Below, piece after piece: positions 48,881 through 55,868 of a stretch of DNA of 64,000 nucleotides (positions are counted from its first letter, which is position 1; every line of letters starts with the position of its first letter). Source of the DNA: Candidatus Adlerbacteria bacterium (GTDB taxonomy: Bacteria; Patescibacteriota; Minisyncoccia; Phycocordibacterales; SBAW01); contig JAQBRA010000004.1 in the NCBI GenBank assembly GCA_028286685.1, positions 120,300 to 184,299 on the forward strand, in the 5' to 3' direction. The position numbers and the translations under genes were made by a program. The notes beneath the pieces are model-generated. The model ran no database searches and had not been told where the DNA came from. It saw only the letters and a program-made list of their open reading frames with translations.

Positions 48881-48970
48881 GAATTTGCTGGGTGCACGGG
48901 CGACCTGATTTTTAACGAACAGAGCGAGTATAAAAATGGAAGTACTCTTGTGGTAACGATGTTGGAACCA
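48881..48970. repeat. Array repeat copy 2, split at its centre: left half GAATTTGCTGGGTGCACGGG, then a 54-nt unrelated insert, then right half ACGATGTTGGAACC
   Basis: The two halves map exactly to positions 1-14 and 15-28 of the consensus. Confidence 0.8.
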
Positions 48971-49037
48971 TTGTAGCAAAAGAAGAAGCGGCTACCCCAT
49001 AGGATAGCCGCCTGCTGAAATGACCGGGGTCAGAGCC

Positions 49038-49619
49038 TTAGCCAGTAATAACCCGACAAATGCGGCCGACAAATCCGAGCTTCTTGCCTCGTCTTTGAAA
49101 CTGGAGGAGATCAGTGCGTGGAATGTCGTAAGCATATCTTGCCCGAGCCATGGCAATTTCCTGGTCTGGATAGAGGCTAACCCAGGTGCGACGCTGAATT
49201 TTCTCGGTTTCTTCGAATACGGCCTTGCCGTCTTGGACTACCCCAACAGGAAGAAAGTCCGTCTCGAACAAGGTGATCTCACGGCGAGTAGTCTCGGAAC
49301 CGATATCTTCGTCGAAGTAGAGCTTGCCGAATCTCATCGACGTATCCCACTCGTGGAATCGGTCGACACATGTCGCCTCTAGACCCGGAAGCAGGCTGTC
49401 CATGAATGCCTGCAACTCAGGACCGGTATAAATACCCTGATTGGGCGCGACAATGAAGTCGACGGTGTGAGTCCAAAAGCCATCGCGGTGTGGAAAATGA
49501 TTCAGCTCGTTGACCGCGACGATCTGGATATTCGTGTTGCCTTGGAGAGCAGCACGGACGGAAGCAAGCTTAGACATGCAAGAAGCGTCCTTTGGCGCTG
49601 GTTGAACAACTATACGCAA
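49038..49619 (-). CDS. Cassette gene: hypothetical protein (193 aa; TTG start at 49619 or ATG MSKLASV at 49580)
   Basis: Flanked by repeat copies 2 and 3, with a terminator-like hairpin GCGGCTACCCCATAGGATAGCCGC downstream. Confidence 0.55.
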   Translation of the reverse strand: MRIVVQPAPKDASCMSKLASVRAALQGNTNIQIVAVNELNHFPHRDGFWTHTVDFIVAPNQGIYTGPELQAFMDSLLPGLEATCVDRFHEWDTSMRFGKLYFDEDIGSETTRREITLFETDFLPVGVVQDGKAVFEETEKIQRRTWVSLYPDQEIAMARARYAYDIPRTDLLQFQRRGKKLGFVGRICRVITG

Positions 49620-49646
49620 ATTACAACAAATTATCTAAAAAGTCGA

Positions 49647-49673
49647 GCTGGGTGTTTGGGACGATGTTGGAAT
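49647..49673. repeat. Array repeat copy 3: GCTGGGTGTTTGGGACGATGTTGGAATC
   Basis: Two mismatches to the consensus. Confidence 0.9.
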
Positions 49674-49675
49674 CT

Positions 49676-50074
49676 TTATTGAGTAGGAATGCCCCTTTTA
49701 GCCAAGTCCTCTATGGACTCAAATTCCAGATAATTCTGGGTCAATTCCTCTCCTGCTTGTATATCCCGAGCCGCTACCAAGTAAGCATCTGCGTGAGCCG
49801 AATCCTGCGTAACCGTTGCCTCGTAGGAGTGATTGATGAAATGCGATACATCAAAGTCGACATGCCACTTTTGGCTAGGCTCATCAAAGAATCCCCACCA
49901 CTGAACTTCATGCTTCTCTTTCTCATCCAAAGAGTCGAACTGCTCTTGAGTAAGGTTCACGTCGAGCAAGGGACTCGCGGTATAAATGAGCGTGCCTTTA
50001 GAAATATTTTGGTTGGCAAAAAGTCCGACACCATGATGCTCTGATTTATCGAGATTGTACTTGATATGAATCAT
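49676..50074 (-). CDS. Cassette gene: small SET-domain protein (132 aa)
   Basis: GVGLFANQNISKGTLIY, NHSYEAT (NHSCxPN-like) and GEELTQNY (post-SET-like) motifs. Confidence 0.65.
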   Translation of the reverse strand: MIHIKYNLDKSEHHGVGLFANQNISKGTLIYTASPLLDVNLTQEQFDSLDEKEKHEVQWWGFFDEPSQKWHVDFDVSHFINHSYEATVTQDSAHADAYLVAARDIQAGEELTQNYLEFESIEDLAKRGIPTQ

Positions 50075-50100
50075 GCCGATACAGTATCACAAAAAGACTG

Positions 50101-50128
50101 GCTGGGTGTATGGGACGATGTTGGAACC
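50101..50128. repeat. Array repeat copy 4 (perfect consensus) with an 80-nt conserved extension carrying terminator hairpin GCCGCCC...GGGCGGC
   Basis: The extension is homologous to the one after copy 9 at 53646-53710. Confidence 0.9.
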
Positions 50129-50209
50129 ATTCTGACACATGAATATGGAAAAGAAAATGCCGCCCAAGTATAGCCGGGGCGGCTCGGTATCGTATAATTT
50201 TTAGGTCGA

Positions 50210-50617
50210 TCAGTTCACTCTACGACTTGTCTGGTGCAAGTCATAGAATCGATAAAGAGCCGGACATGGAAACGGCGCGGACGAAGTACCCCAGACCTGC
50301 TCCCCTTTTTCCTCCATCTCGCGCAGGACTTCCGCCCCGCGATCGAGATCGTTGGTGTTTAAGAGAAAATTGATATGGTATTCCCCCGCTTCGCTCCCAA
50401 TTTGGGTTCGAAACAGCACCCCCGAGCGTGCGCCGACCATATGGGTATCCCATGCCGTCTCAATAATTCCGTCGCAGACATCACTGACAATATGCATACG
50501 TTCCCATTTCTTTAGGTAGAGATCACATGCAGCCATCTTAAGCGCCGCTCGCACTTGGTCGGTAATCATACCTGGACCCTTTTCGACCATGAGGCAAGTC
50601 CAAGAGTCGTTGGACAT
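50210..50617 (-). CDS. Cassette gene: hypothetical protein, possibly SRPBCC/Bet v1-like (135 aa)
   Basis: ATG MSNDSWTCLMVEKGP at 50617; fold call is weak. Confidence 0.5.
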   Translation of the reverse strand: MSNDSWTCLMVEKGPGMITDQVRAALKMAACDLYLKKWERMHIVSDVCDGIIETAWDTHMVGARSGVLFRTQIGSEAGEYHINFLLNTNDLDRGAEVLREMEEKGEQVWGTSSAPFPCPALYRFYDLHQTSRRVN

Positions 50618-50685
50618 CGTCAGTCTCCCGATTTGTTCCTGATGCAGCTGAAAAGATAATACAACAAAGTATATCAAAAGCAATA

Positions 50686-50713
50686 GCTGGGTGTATGGGA
50701 CGATGTTGGAACC
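50686..50713. repeat. Array repeat copy 5 (perfect consensus)
   Basis: GCTGGGTGTATGGGACGATGTTGGAACC. Confidence 0.9.
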
Positions 50714-50760
50714 TTATTAACAGAAATCGCCTAACAAAGTCAGGCGACTCTGCTAGGCGG

Positions 50761-51039
50761 TTAAATGATTGGGACTTGGCCCTCGTCAGGACATTCCGGG
50801 ACGAGCTTTTCGTCCAAGAGATAAAGTTTACCGCTAAGCCAGTCGCCGCTGGCATAGCTTTCATACATCCGGTCGTATTCGGACCGAACAGTAACATCGC
50901 CTGCGATTTTCCAGACCCCGTTTTCTGGAATCACAACGAGCCGCTTTCCGGCAGGCGTATATGGTGGAGTTTCGCTCAGATGACCCTGAACAAGAACCCC
51001 TTTTGCCTCGACGGCTTTCACTCCGTAATAAGTGCCCAC
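50761..51039 (-). CDS. Cassette gene: hypothetical protein (92 aa, GTG start with SD GGAGA)
   Basis: SD CAGGAGAAAGAA immediately precedes GTG 51039. Confidence 0.5.
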   Translation of the reverse strand: MGTYYGVKAVEAKGVLVQGHLSETPPYTPAGKRLVVIPENGVWKIAGDVTVRSEYDRMYESYASGDWLSGKLYLLDEKLVPECPDEGQVPII

Positions 51040-51108
51040 TTCTTTCTCCTGATGTTCTAGTGCGATTAACTTTTATAAAAATACATGAATTACAGAACAT
51101 GTCAATAG

Positions 51109-51135
51109 TTTGGTGTGTGGGACGATGTTGGAACC
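51109..51135. repeat. Array repeat copy 6: TTTGGTGTGTGGGACGATGTTGGAACC
   Basis: Left arm diverged; the shared tail CTATTTTGA overlaps the stop of the next gene. Confidence 0.85.
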
Positions 51136-51401
51136 TATTTTGATTTTAAAACAACAATGTAAGTCCCTATCCATGAACCCAAGGCCAAAGGAAGAATGTA
51201 CAAGTAATTTTGCACATAACTTAGAACTCCAACCGCAATAAGAAAGTGCATTAGTGCGCCTACCGTAGCAGACTTAAAAGGTTGCTTCTCAGCTATTGCG
51301 AGTGTGTAATAAGCATACATACCATCTACCAAAATGTAGGCGAAGAAAACAACGAGAGCGGAAAGCGGATTAAAGGTCTGCCAAAGATCAAAAAAGTTCA
51401 T
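51135..51401 (-). CDS. Cassette gene: small 3-TM membrane protein (88 aa)
   Basis: Repeat copy 7 ends 6 nt upstream of its ATG; probably co-transcribed with 51435..51845. Confidence 0.55.
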   Translation of the reverse strand: MNFFDLWQTFNPLSALVVFFAYILVDGMYAYYTLAIAEKQPFKSATVGALMHFLIAVGVLSYVQNYLYILPLALGSWIGTYIVVLKSK

Positions 51402-51407
51402 AAATTT

Positions 51408-51435
51408 GCTGGGTGTATGGGACGATGTTGGAACC
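51408..51435. repeat. Array repeat copy 7 (perfect consensus)
   Basis: The TAG stop of the upstream cassette overlaps the repeat end (GGAACCTATTTTGA). Confidence 0.9.
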
Positions 51436-51845
51436 TATTTTGAGGCTAGATAGGCCTCTATCTTGGCCACGTCTATCAAATCCTTCTCTCTAGCATAAAC
51501 CTCCTTAACCAGTTTTACATCTCGCAAGCCTGCAAACGGCACTCCGTCAATTAGTTCGGAATTCTTTTTCAGCCGCTCAAAAGTCATTTCTGCAATGCCA
51601 CCAACATTTGGATACAGCTCAATAGTCCCCTCGTCATTGGCTACACCCGCCTCCTCTGTCGGGATAATTCTCGGATGATGGTGCCAACCCTCTTTGTTGC
51701 GATACTCATCTAGAAGTTTGGGAGAAACAACAATATCGATATCATTTGTTTCTTTTAACCCGCGCGCTGCTAACGCCGCACCTCCAATTACTACGTACTC
51801 GTCAACTGGAAAGTTATGCTTTTTTATTTCTGAAAAGATATCCAT
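51435..51845 (-). CDS. Cassette gene: minimal nucleotidyltransferase (pol-beta superfamily) fold protein
   Basis: VVIGGAALAARGLKETNDIDIVV matches the G[SG]-x9-13-[DE]h[DE]h MNT signature. Confidence 0.6.
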   Translation of the reverse strand: MDIFSEIKKHNFPVDEYVVIGGAALAARGLKETNDIDIVVSPKLLDEYRNKEGWHHHPRIIPTEEAGVANDEGTIELYPNVGGIAEMTFERLKKNSELIDGVPFAGLRDVKLVKEVYAREKDLIDVAKIEAYLASK

Positions 51846-51864
51846 AATTTACTTAACTTAATTA

Positions 51865-51892
51865 GCTGGGTGTATGGGACGATGTTGGAACC
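51865..51892. repeat. Array repeat copy 8 (perfect consensus)
   Basis: GCTGGGTGTATGGGACGATGTTGGAACC. Confidence 0.9.
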
Positions 51893-51949
51893 TTTTTAGT
51901 TAATGGCACCTGACGCTAAAATCCTTTTCAGTACAGCCAATAATAAAAG

Positions 51950-53542
51950 CTATTTTATTGAAGCAATGAATGCCTTTGTTTTTGGTCCGAAGTATCCCAA
52001 AGAAGGAGTGATTCCATTTGTTTTTTGAAACTTAGCAAGTGCTGCTCGAGTAAGCGCGCCAAAGAAATCCGTTTCATTTCCTGCAGACCCAATTCCTGAA
52101 AGTGCCACGGGAGATTCGTGTCCGTTCAAAAACTCTTGGAGCGCTTTCACGTCGTCTCCCGAGAAGCCTGTTTTAAGATCACGCGTAAAAGAAACGGGCT
52201 GCACATCTCCAGATTGAAATACTTGCGGAAAGTTTTTCATCAAGTCTTCTGCTTTTTGAGTTTCACTCATTGCAATAAGATTTTTTACTCGACTCTGAAC
52301 TGAACTTCCATGGCTCGATCGGTGGTGTGGTTCAGGAGTTGGGGTTGCCGTAGGAGTGACCGTAAGAGTTGTCGGTGGAGGAAGAGGCTGATCCGATGTT
52401 AAGGAAAAGAGTACACCATTATTGTTGACTCCACCAAACTCAGTAACGCCATAAATCACATCGCTACTACTTCTGAATAATGTAGCATCAGCATTTTTAC
52501 CATCGGTACCATCAAAGTTATGCAGTACGGTATAGGTGCCAGAGTCAGCTGGATCAAAGGAGAAGACGACACCTTTGCTATTAGTGCCTCCCGAAAATGT
52601 GATTCCATAAAATACACCACCAATCTCAAGAAGAGAACCTTGTGAACTGTATCCCTCAGCAGTATCAAAGTTATAAAGCACGGTATACGTGCCCGAGCCA
52701 GCAGGATCATAGGAGAAGATGACGCCTTTGTTATTGGTCCCTCCTGCGCCTGTCATTCCATAAAATTTTCCACCGTATGCAACAAGAGAATTACCTCCCA
52801 CGCCATTCCCTTCAGTACCGTTAAAATTATGCAGCACGGTATACGTGCCGGAACCTGCAGGATCGTAAGAAAAGATAGTGCCTTGGTTAGATAATCCCCC
52901 AGTGCCTTCCCCATAAAAAACGCCATCCGACAGAATCATCGAACCATAATAAGGTCCCCCTCCTTCAGTACCATTAAAATTATGTAGCACAGTAAAGGTA
53001 CCCGAGCCAGCGGGATTGTAGGAATAGATGACACCGCGGCTATCAGGTCCTCCACTTAGAGTAGTTCCATACAGAACTCCATCCTTCTCTAGAAGAGCGC
53101 CTTGGGGAATTGCGCCATGGGTATCATCAAAGCTATGCAGCACCGTGAAAGTGCTTGAATCTGCAGGATCAATAGAATAGAGAACGCCTTTATTGTTTGT
53201 TCCTCCACCGTCCGTTACACCATAAAAAATACCATTGTATTCGAACAATGTTCCAGAAGGATTCCCTCCCTCAGTACCATTAAAATTATAAAGCACGGTG
53301 TAGGTGCCAGAGCCTGCGGGGTCATAGGAGTAGATGACGCCTTTGCTATTTGCTCCCCCCGCATATCCTACTCCATAAATAATTCCATCTTTTTCAATTA
53401 AAAAATCATACGGGTCTGTACCGGTTAGGGAACTAAAATCATACAGTTTTAAATAGGCAAAGGCAGCGAAGGCGGTATGCGCAGATACTAAAAAGGTGCT
53501 TACGAAGATGAAAAACGAGACTATATAAAAAGATAACTTCAT
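51950..53542 (-). CDS. Cassette gene: secreted protein with Gloeo_Verruco-type beta-propeller repeats and a C-terminal peptidoglycan-binding domain
   Basis: Signal peptide; at least 9 repeats of G..YTVLHNFNGTEGG.P.G.L....G.FYG.T..GG..N.GVIFSYDPA; C-terminal PG_binding_1-like (LQEFLNGH...GYFGPKTKAFI). Confidence 0.75.
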   Translation of the reverse strand: MKLSFYIVSFFIFVSTFLVSAHTAFAAFAYLKLYDFSSLTGTDPYDFLIEKDGIIYGVGYAGGANSKGVIYSYDPAGSGTYTVLYNFNGTEGGNPSGTLFEYNGIFYGVTDGGGTNNKGVLYSIDPADSSTFTVLHSFDDTHGAIPQGALLEKDGVLYGTTLSGGPDSRGVIYSYNPAGSGTFTVLHNFNGTEGGGPYYGSMILSDGVFYGEGTGGLSNQGTIFSYDPAGSGTYTVLHNFNGTEGNGVGGNSLVAYGGKFYGMTGAGGTNNKGVIFSYDPAGSGTYTVLYNFDTAEGYSSQGSLLEIGGVFYGITFSGGTNSKGVVFSFDPADSGTYTVLHNFDGTDGKNADATLFRSSSDVIYGVTEFGGVNNNGVLFSLTSDQPLPPPTTLTVTPTATPTPEPHHRSSHGSSVQSRVKNLIAMSETQKAEDLMKNFPQVFQSGDVQPVSFTRDLKTGFSGDDVKALQEFLNGHESPVALSGIGSAGNETDFFGALTRAALAKFQKTNGITPSLGYFGPKTKAFIASIK

Positions 53543-53617
53543 ACCAAAATTGAATCAACCTAAATCCTTCAGATGAAGTATATATCACTTTTCGAAGCGA
53601 TTTTACGCTTAAAATTT

Positions 53618-53645
53618 GCTGGGTGTATGGGACGATGTTGGAACC
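53618..53645. repeat. Array repeat copy 9 (perfect consensus) with a conserved 65-nt extension
   Basis: The extension ATTTTGACACACCAATTTAGAAAAGAAAATGCCGCCC... parallels the one after copy 4. Confidence 0.9.
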
Positions 53646-53716
53646 ATTTTGACACACCAATTTAGAAAAGAAAATGCCGCCCTATAGTCCGGAGCGACTT
53701 GCCGCTAGTTTAAAAA

Positions 53717-54040
53717 TTAAATGTGGAAAGAAAGGGCAAGAATAGCAGATTCGCCATTTTCTGTTCGCCGCCAATTCACAAAGGCAGTACTCTCAACTAC
53801 TTTTGAATAAAGTTCTGGGTATTTCTCTTTTAAATCTTTAGCGTTATCTAATTGTAACGTTACGATTTCTCCTCCTTTTACTTGTACCTTGTTCATCTCA
53901 GTATCTAGGCTAGACATGCAGTCAATCCAAGCATTCATATTTCTTCCGTAGTAGTCAGGGAAGCCAAAAACTTCGTAAAACGTATCGTGCAAAGTCTCTT
54001 CGCTGACAATTTTGCCGGCATCAATTATTACTGTTTTCAT
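53717..54040 (-). CDS. Cassette gene: barstar-like (barnase-inhibitor family) immunity protein
   Basis: MKTVIIDAGKI...LHDTFYEVFGFPDYYGRNMNAWIDCM. A perfect TATAAT (54048-54053) lies 1 nt before an upstream in-frame ATG, so the mRNA probably starts at MKTV (leaderless). The longer ORF N-terminus is just the repeat read in frame. Confidence 0.65.
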   Translation of the reverse strand: MKTVIIDAGKIVSEETLHDTFYEVFGFPDYYGRNMNAWIDCMSSLDTEMNKVQVKGGEIVTLQLDNAKDLKEKYPELYSKVVESTAFVNWRRTENGESAILALSFHI

Positions 54041-54089
54041 GTCCATGATTATACTACGTGTCTCGGTCGCGATAATCTCGAGTGAATTT

Positions 54090-54117
54090 GCTGGGTGTAT
54101 GGGACGATGTTGGAACC
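54090..54117. repeat. Array repeat copy 10 (perfect consensus) with extension carrying hairpin GCGGCTCC-TAATTTG-GGGAGCCGC
   Basis: The extension is homologous to the one after copy 2 (48971-49015). In minus sense the hairpin plus TTCTTCTTTT forms a terminator. Confidence 0.9.
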
Positions 54118-54184
54118 ATTGTAGCAAAAGAAGAAGCGGCTCCTAATTTGGGGAGCCGCTGTATATAAGTCGGAAAATATTTGT

Positions 54185-54559
54185 TCAACCAGGAGTAGAA
54201 GTCCGGACTTCTTCCATAATTACGGAAACCTGTGCGGCAAATTCCGTAGGAAATACTTCCGCAACAAGACTAGGAATATCTCTGCGGATGAATATTTCAA
54301 CTGTCGGAACACGGTCGACTGCATGGTGCTTGATCATCTGACCGTCGCGGTCTTTGCCACACTTTAGATTACTGAAAGCAAGTTCGATTTCCATCAAGAA
54401 TTGAGACGGACAAATCGTATCGCCGCGCAGTTGCGTAGAAAGAAAGTCTGCGAATTCATGTGAGTAGTTACCCACAACACTTTTTGGCCAAAATGCGGAG
54501 AGTTTTTCTTTGATCGGTTCGAGGGGAAGATCAATTTCGTCTTTGGGATCAAGTATCAT
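54185..54559 (-). CDS. Cassette gene (tRNA-proximal): hypothetical protein (124 aa)
   Basis: ATG MILDPKD at 54559 preceded by SD AGAGGAG; the track start at 54586 is a TTG. Confidence 0.5.
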   Translation of the reverse strand: MILDPKDEIDLPLEPIKEKLSAFWPKSVVGNYSHEFADFLSTQLRGDTICPSQFLMEIELAFSNLKCGKDRDGQMIKHHAVDRVPTVEIFIRRDIPSLVAEVFPTEFAAQVSVIMEEVRTSTPG

Positions 54560-54783
54560 TACATGCTCCTCTTTGTTGAAGTCCAAAAATCACATTACAA
54601 CAAAGTATTTGAAAAGTCACTAGCGGGGAAACATGGTTCGGTCAGGCGTTCAAAAGTTGTCGTCACAACTTTTGCCGCACGACCCTGCCTCGCTCCCGCC
54701 TGTGCTCGCGCGGGTCCCGCACTACTTCGAGTACTTCCATTTTCTAAAGCGGAGTACCCCTAAGAAAATTAGGTCGCTCCGGC

Positions 54784-54830
54784 TTTCGAATCCATGCCGC
54801 GAAGCATCCCATGCTTCGCTTCTCCCAGCT
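54784..54830 (+). other. Inverted partial copy of the tRNA-Gln 3' half (TTCGAATCCATG / TCTCCCAGCT) interrupted by a 24-nt perfect palindrome
   Basis: 12 plus 10 nt are identical to the tRNA-Gln T-arm and acceptor 3' strand. The copy is in opposite orientation and sits 18 nt from the tRNA 3' end. Confidence 0.7.
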
Positions 54831-54848
54831 TCATTACTACGTATTTAG

Positions 54849-54919
54849 CTGGGAGACATGGATTCGAACCATGATTCACGGCTTCAAAGGCCGCTGTCCT
54901 ACCATTAGACGATCTCCCA
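54849..54919 (-). tRNA. tRNA-Gln (anticodon TTG), no encoded CCA
   Basis: Minus-sense TGGGAGATCGTCTAATGGTAGGACAGCGGCCTTTGAAGCCGTGAATCATGGTTCGAATCCATGTCTCCCAG. Has a 7-bp acceptor stem, anticodon loop CT-TTG-AA and T-loop GGTTCGAATCC. Confidence 0.85.
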
Positions 54920-54993
54920 ATACCGCTTGAGAATAGCGCATTTCATGGCATAAAAAAAGCGCCCCGCATCTGCGGGGCGCCCGGGCTTTTGCC

Positions 54994-55824
54994 TTACTGA
55001 GGAAACAGCTCGCTAAGCCGAGTGACCAGGACATAGTTTTTGGTTACCAAGGCCATATCCCTGTCGTCTCGGTAGCCCTGCTTGCTCACATCCTCGCCGC
55101 GATACGTGAGCCGGTGCGAATCGTTATCGATGACGTCGGCAACGAGAATTTTCTTGTCCCTCGTGATGCCGACCTCCATCTTAAAGTCGTCCAGCTCGGC
55201 TTCCACATGGGCCCATGCTTCCTTAAGCGCCACACCCACTTTTTCGGCAAGCTTGTAGATTTCCACCACTTGCTCGTCGCTGAGCTCCAGGTCGTCGATG
55301 GCGATCGTCAGAAGGGGCTCCTGTTCCGCCAAAGGCTTATTGGGCAAGAAGGCGTCCAGAAGCCCTGGGTCCGAATTAAGGACCAGGAGCGGGTCATCGC
55401 AAGGAATGTCGACGCCTCTCCACTTCTGCCCCGAAGTTTTCAGAAAGAGCTCGACTACCGGCCGATCGAATGCCTGCTCCGGCGGCGTGCTCGGATTCCG
55501 CTTGCGGTACGAACTCTTCTCCCTTGCCCGCCACCGCACAACAATCTCGAGCGGCACCATGCGGCAATACGGAGCCACAAACGAATCCGGACCGTCTTGG
55601 CTGATGAAAGCCACGGGGATCCCGCGGCGCTTCAGAAGCTCAAAGGTATTGGCGGCAAGCCGGTTCGAAAGCTTTCCCTTGCCGGGCATGACGTGCCGCT
55701 TCTTTCCGTCCAGTGCCGTAATGGCATCCAAGGAAACGACACGGCACGTATCCGGCTCATCGACAAACTGCAGGATTTGCTTGGTCTTTCCTCTAGCAAC
55801 AAGCCGTGTAGCACCTTGGCTCAT
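54994..55824 (-). CDS. purC: Phosphoribosylaminoimidazole-succinocarboxamide synthase
   Basis: SAICAR synthetase family pattern and length (276 aa). Confidence 0.8.
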   Translation of the reverse strand: MSQGATRLVARGKTKQILQFVDEPDTCRVVSLDAITALDGKKRHVMPGKGKLSNRLAANTFELLKRRGIPVAFISQDGPDSFVAPYCRMVPLEIVVRWRAREKSSYRKRNPSTPPEQAFDRPVVELFLKTSGQKWRGVDIPCDDPLLVLNSDPGLLDAFLPNKPLAEQEPLLTIAIDDLELSDEQVVEIYKLAEKVGVALKEAWAHVEAELDDFKMEVGITRDKKILVADVIDNDSHRLTYRGEDVSKQGYRDDRDMALVTKNYVLVTRLSELFPQ

Positions 55825-55868
55825 GGAAGCCTCCTTCAGCGGGTTATAGTGAAGTATCCGCGACTACT

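Noticed and set aside
47797-54160. CRISPR array interpretation of the 28-bp direct repeats
   Set aside because: Inter-repeat distances are 300-1750 bp and each contains a full ORF. There are no cas genes in the window, and the repeat count and regularity are not CRISPR-like.
47797-54160. Canonical integron (intI plus attC) call
   Set aside because: The 28-mer is not an imperfect palindrome with R''/L''/L'/R' boxes, and no integron integrase or any recombinase gene is present. The locus is therefore described as integron-like or dif-module-like rather than annotated as an integron.
54633-54848. 71-aa plus ORF between the first cassette gene and tRNA-Gln
   Set aside because: It is composed of the inverted partial tRNA copy and its palindromic insert. 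It has no start context and is better explained as an att-like or structural DNA element.
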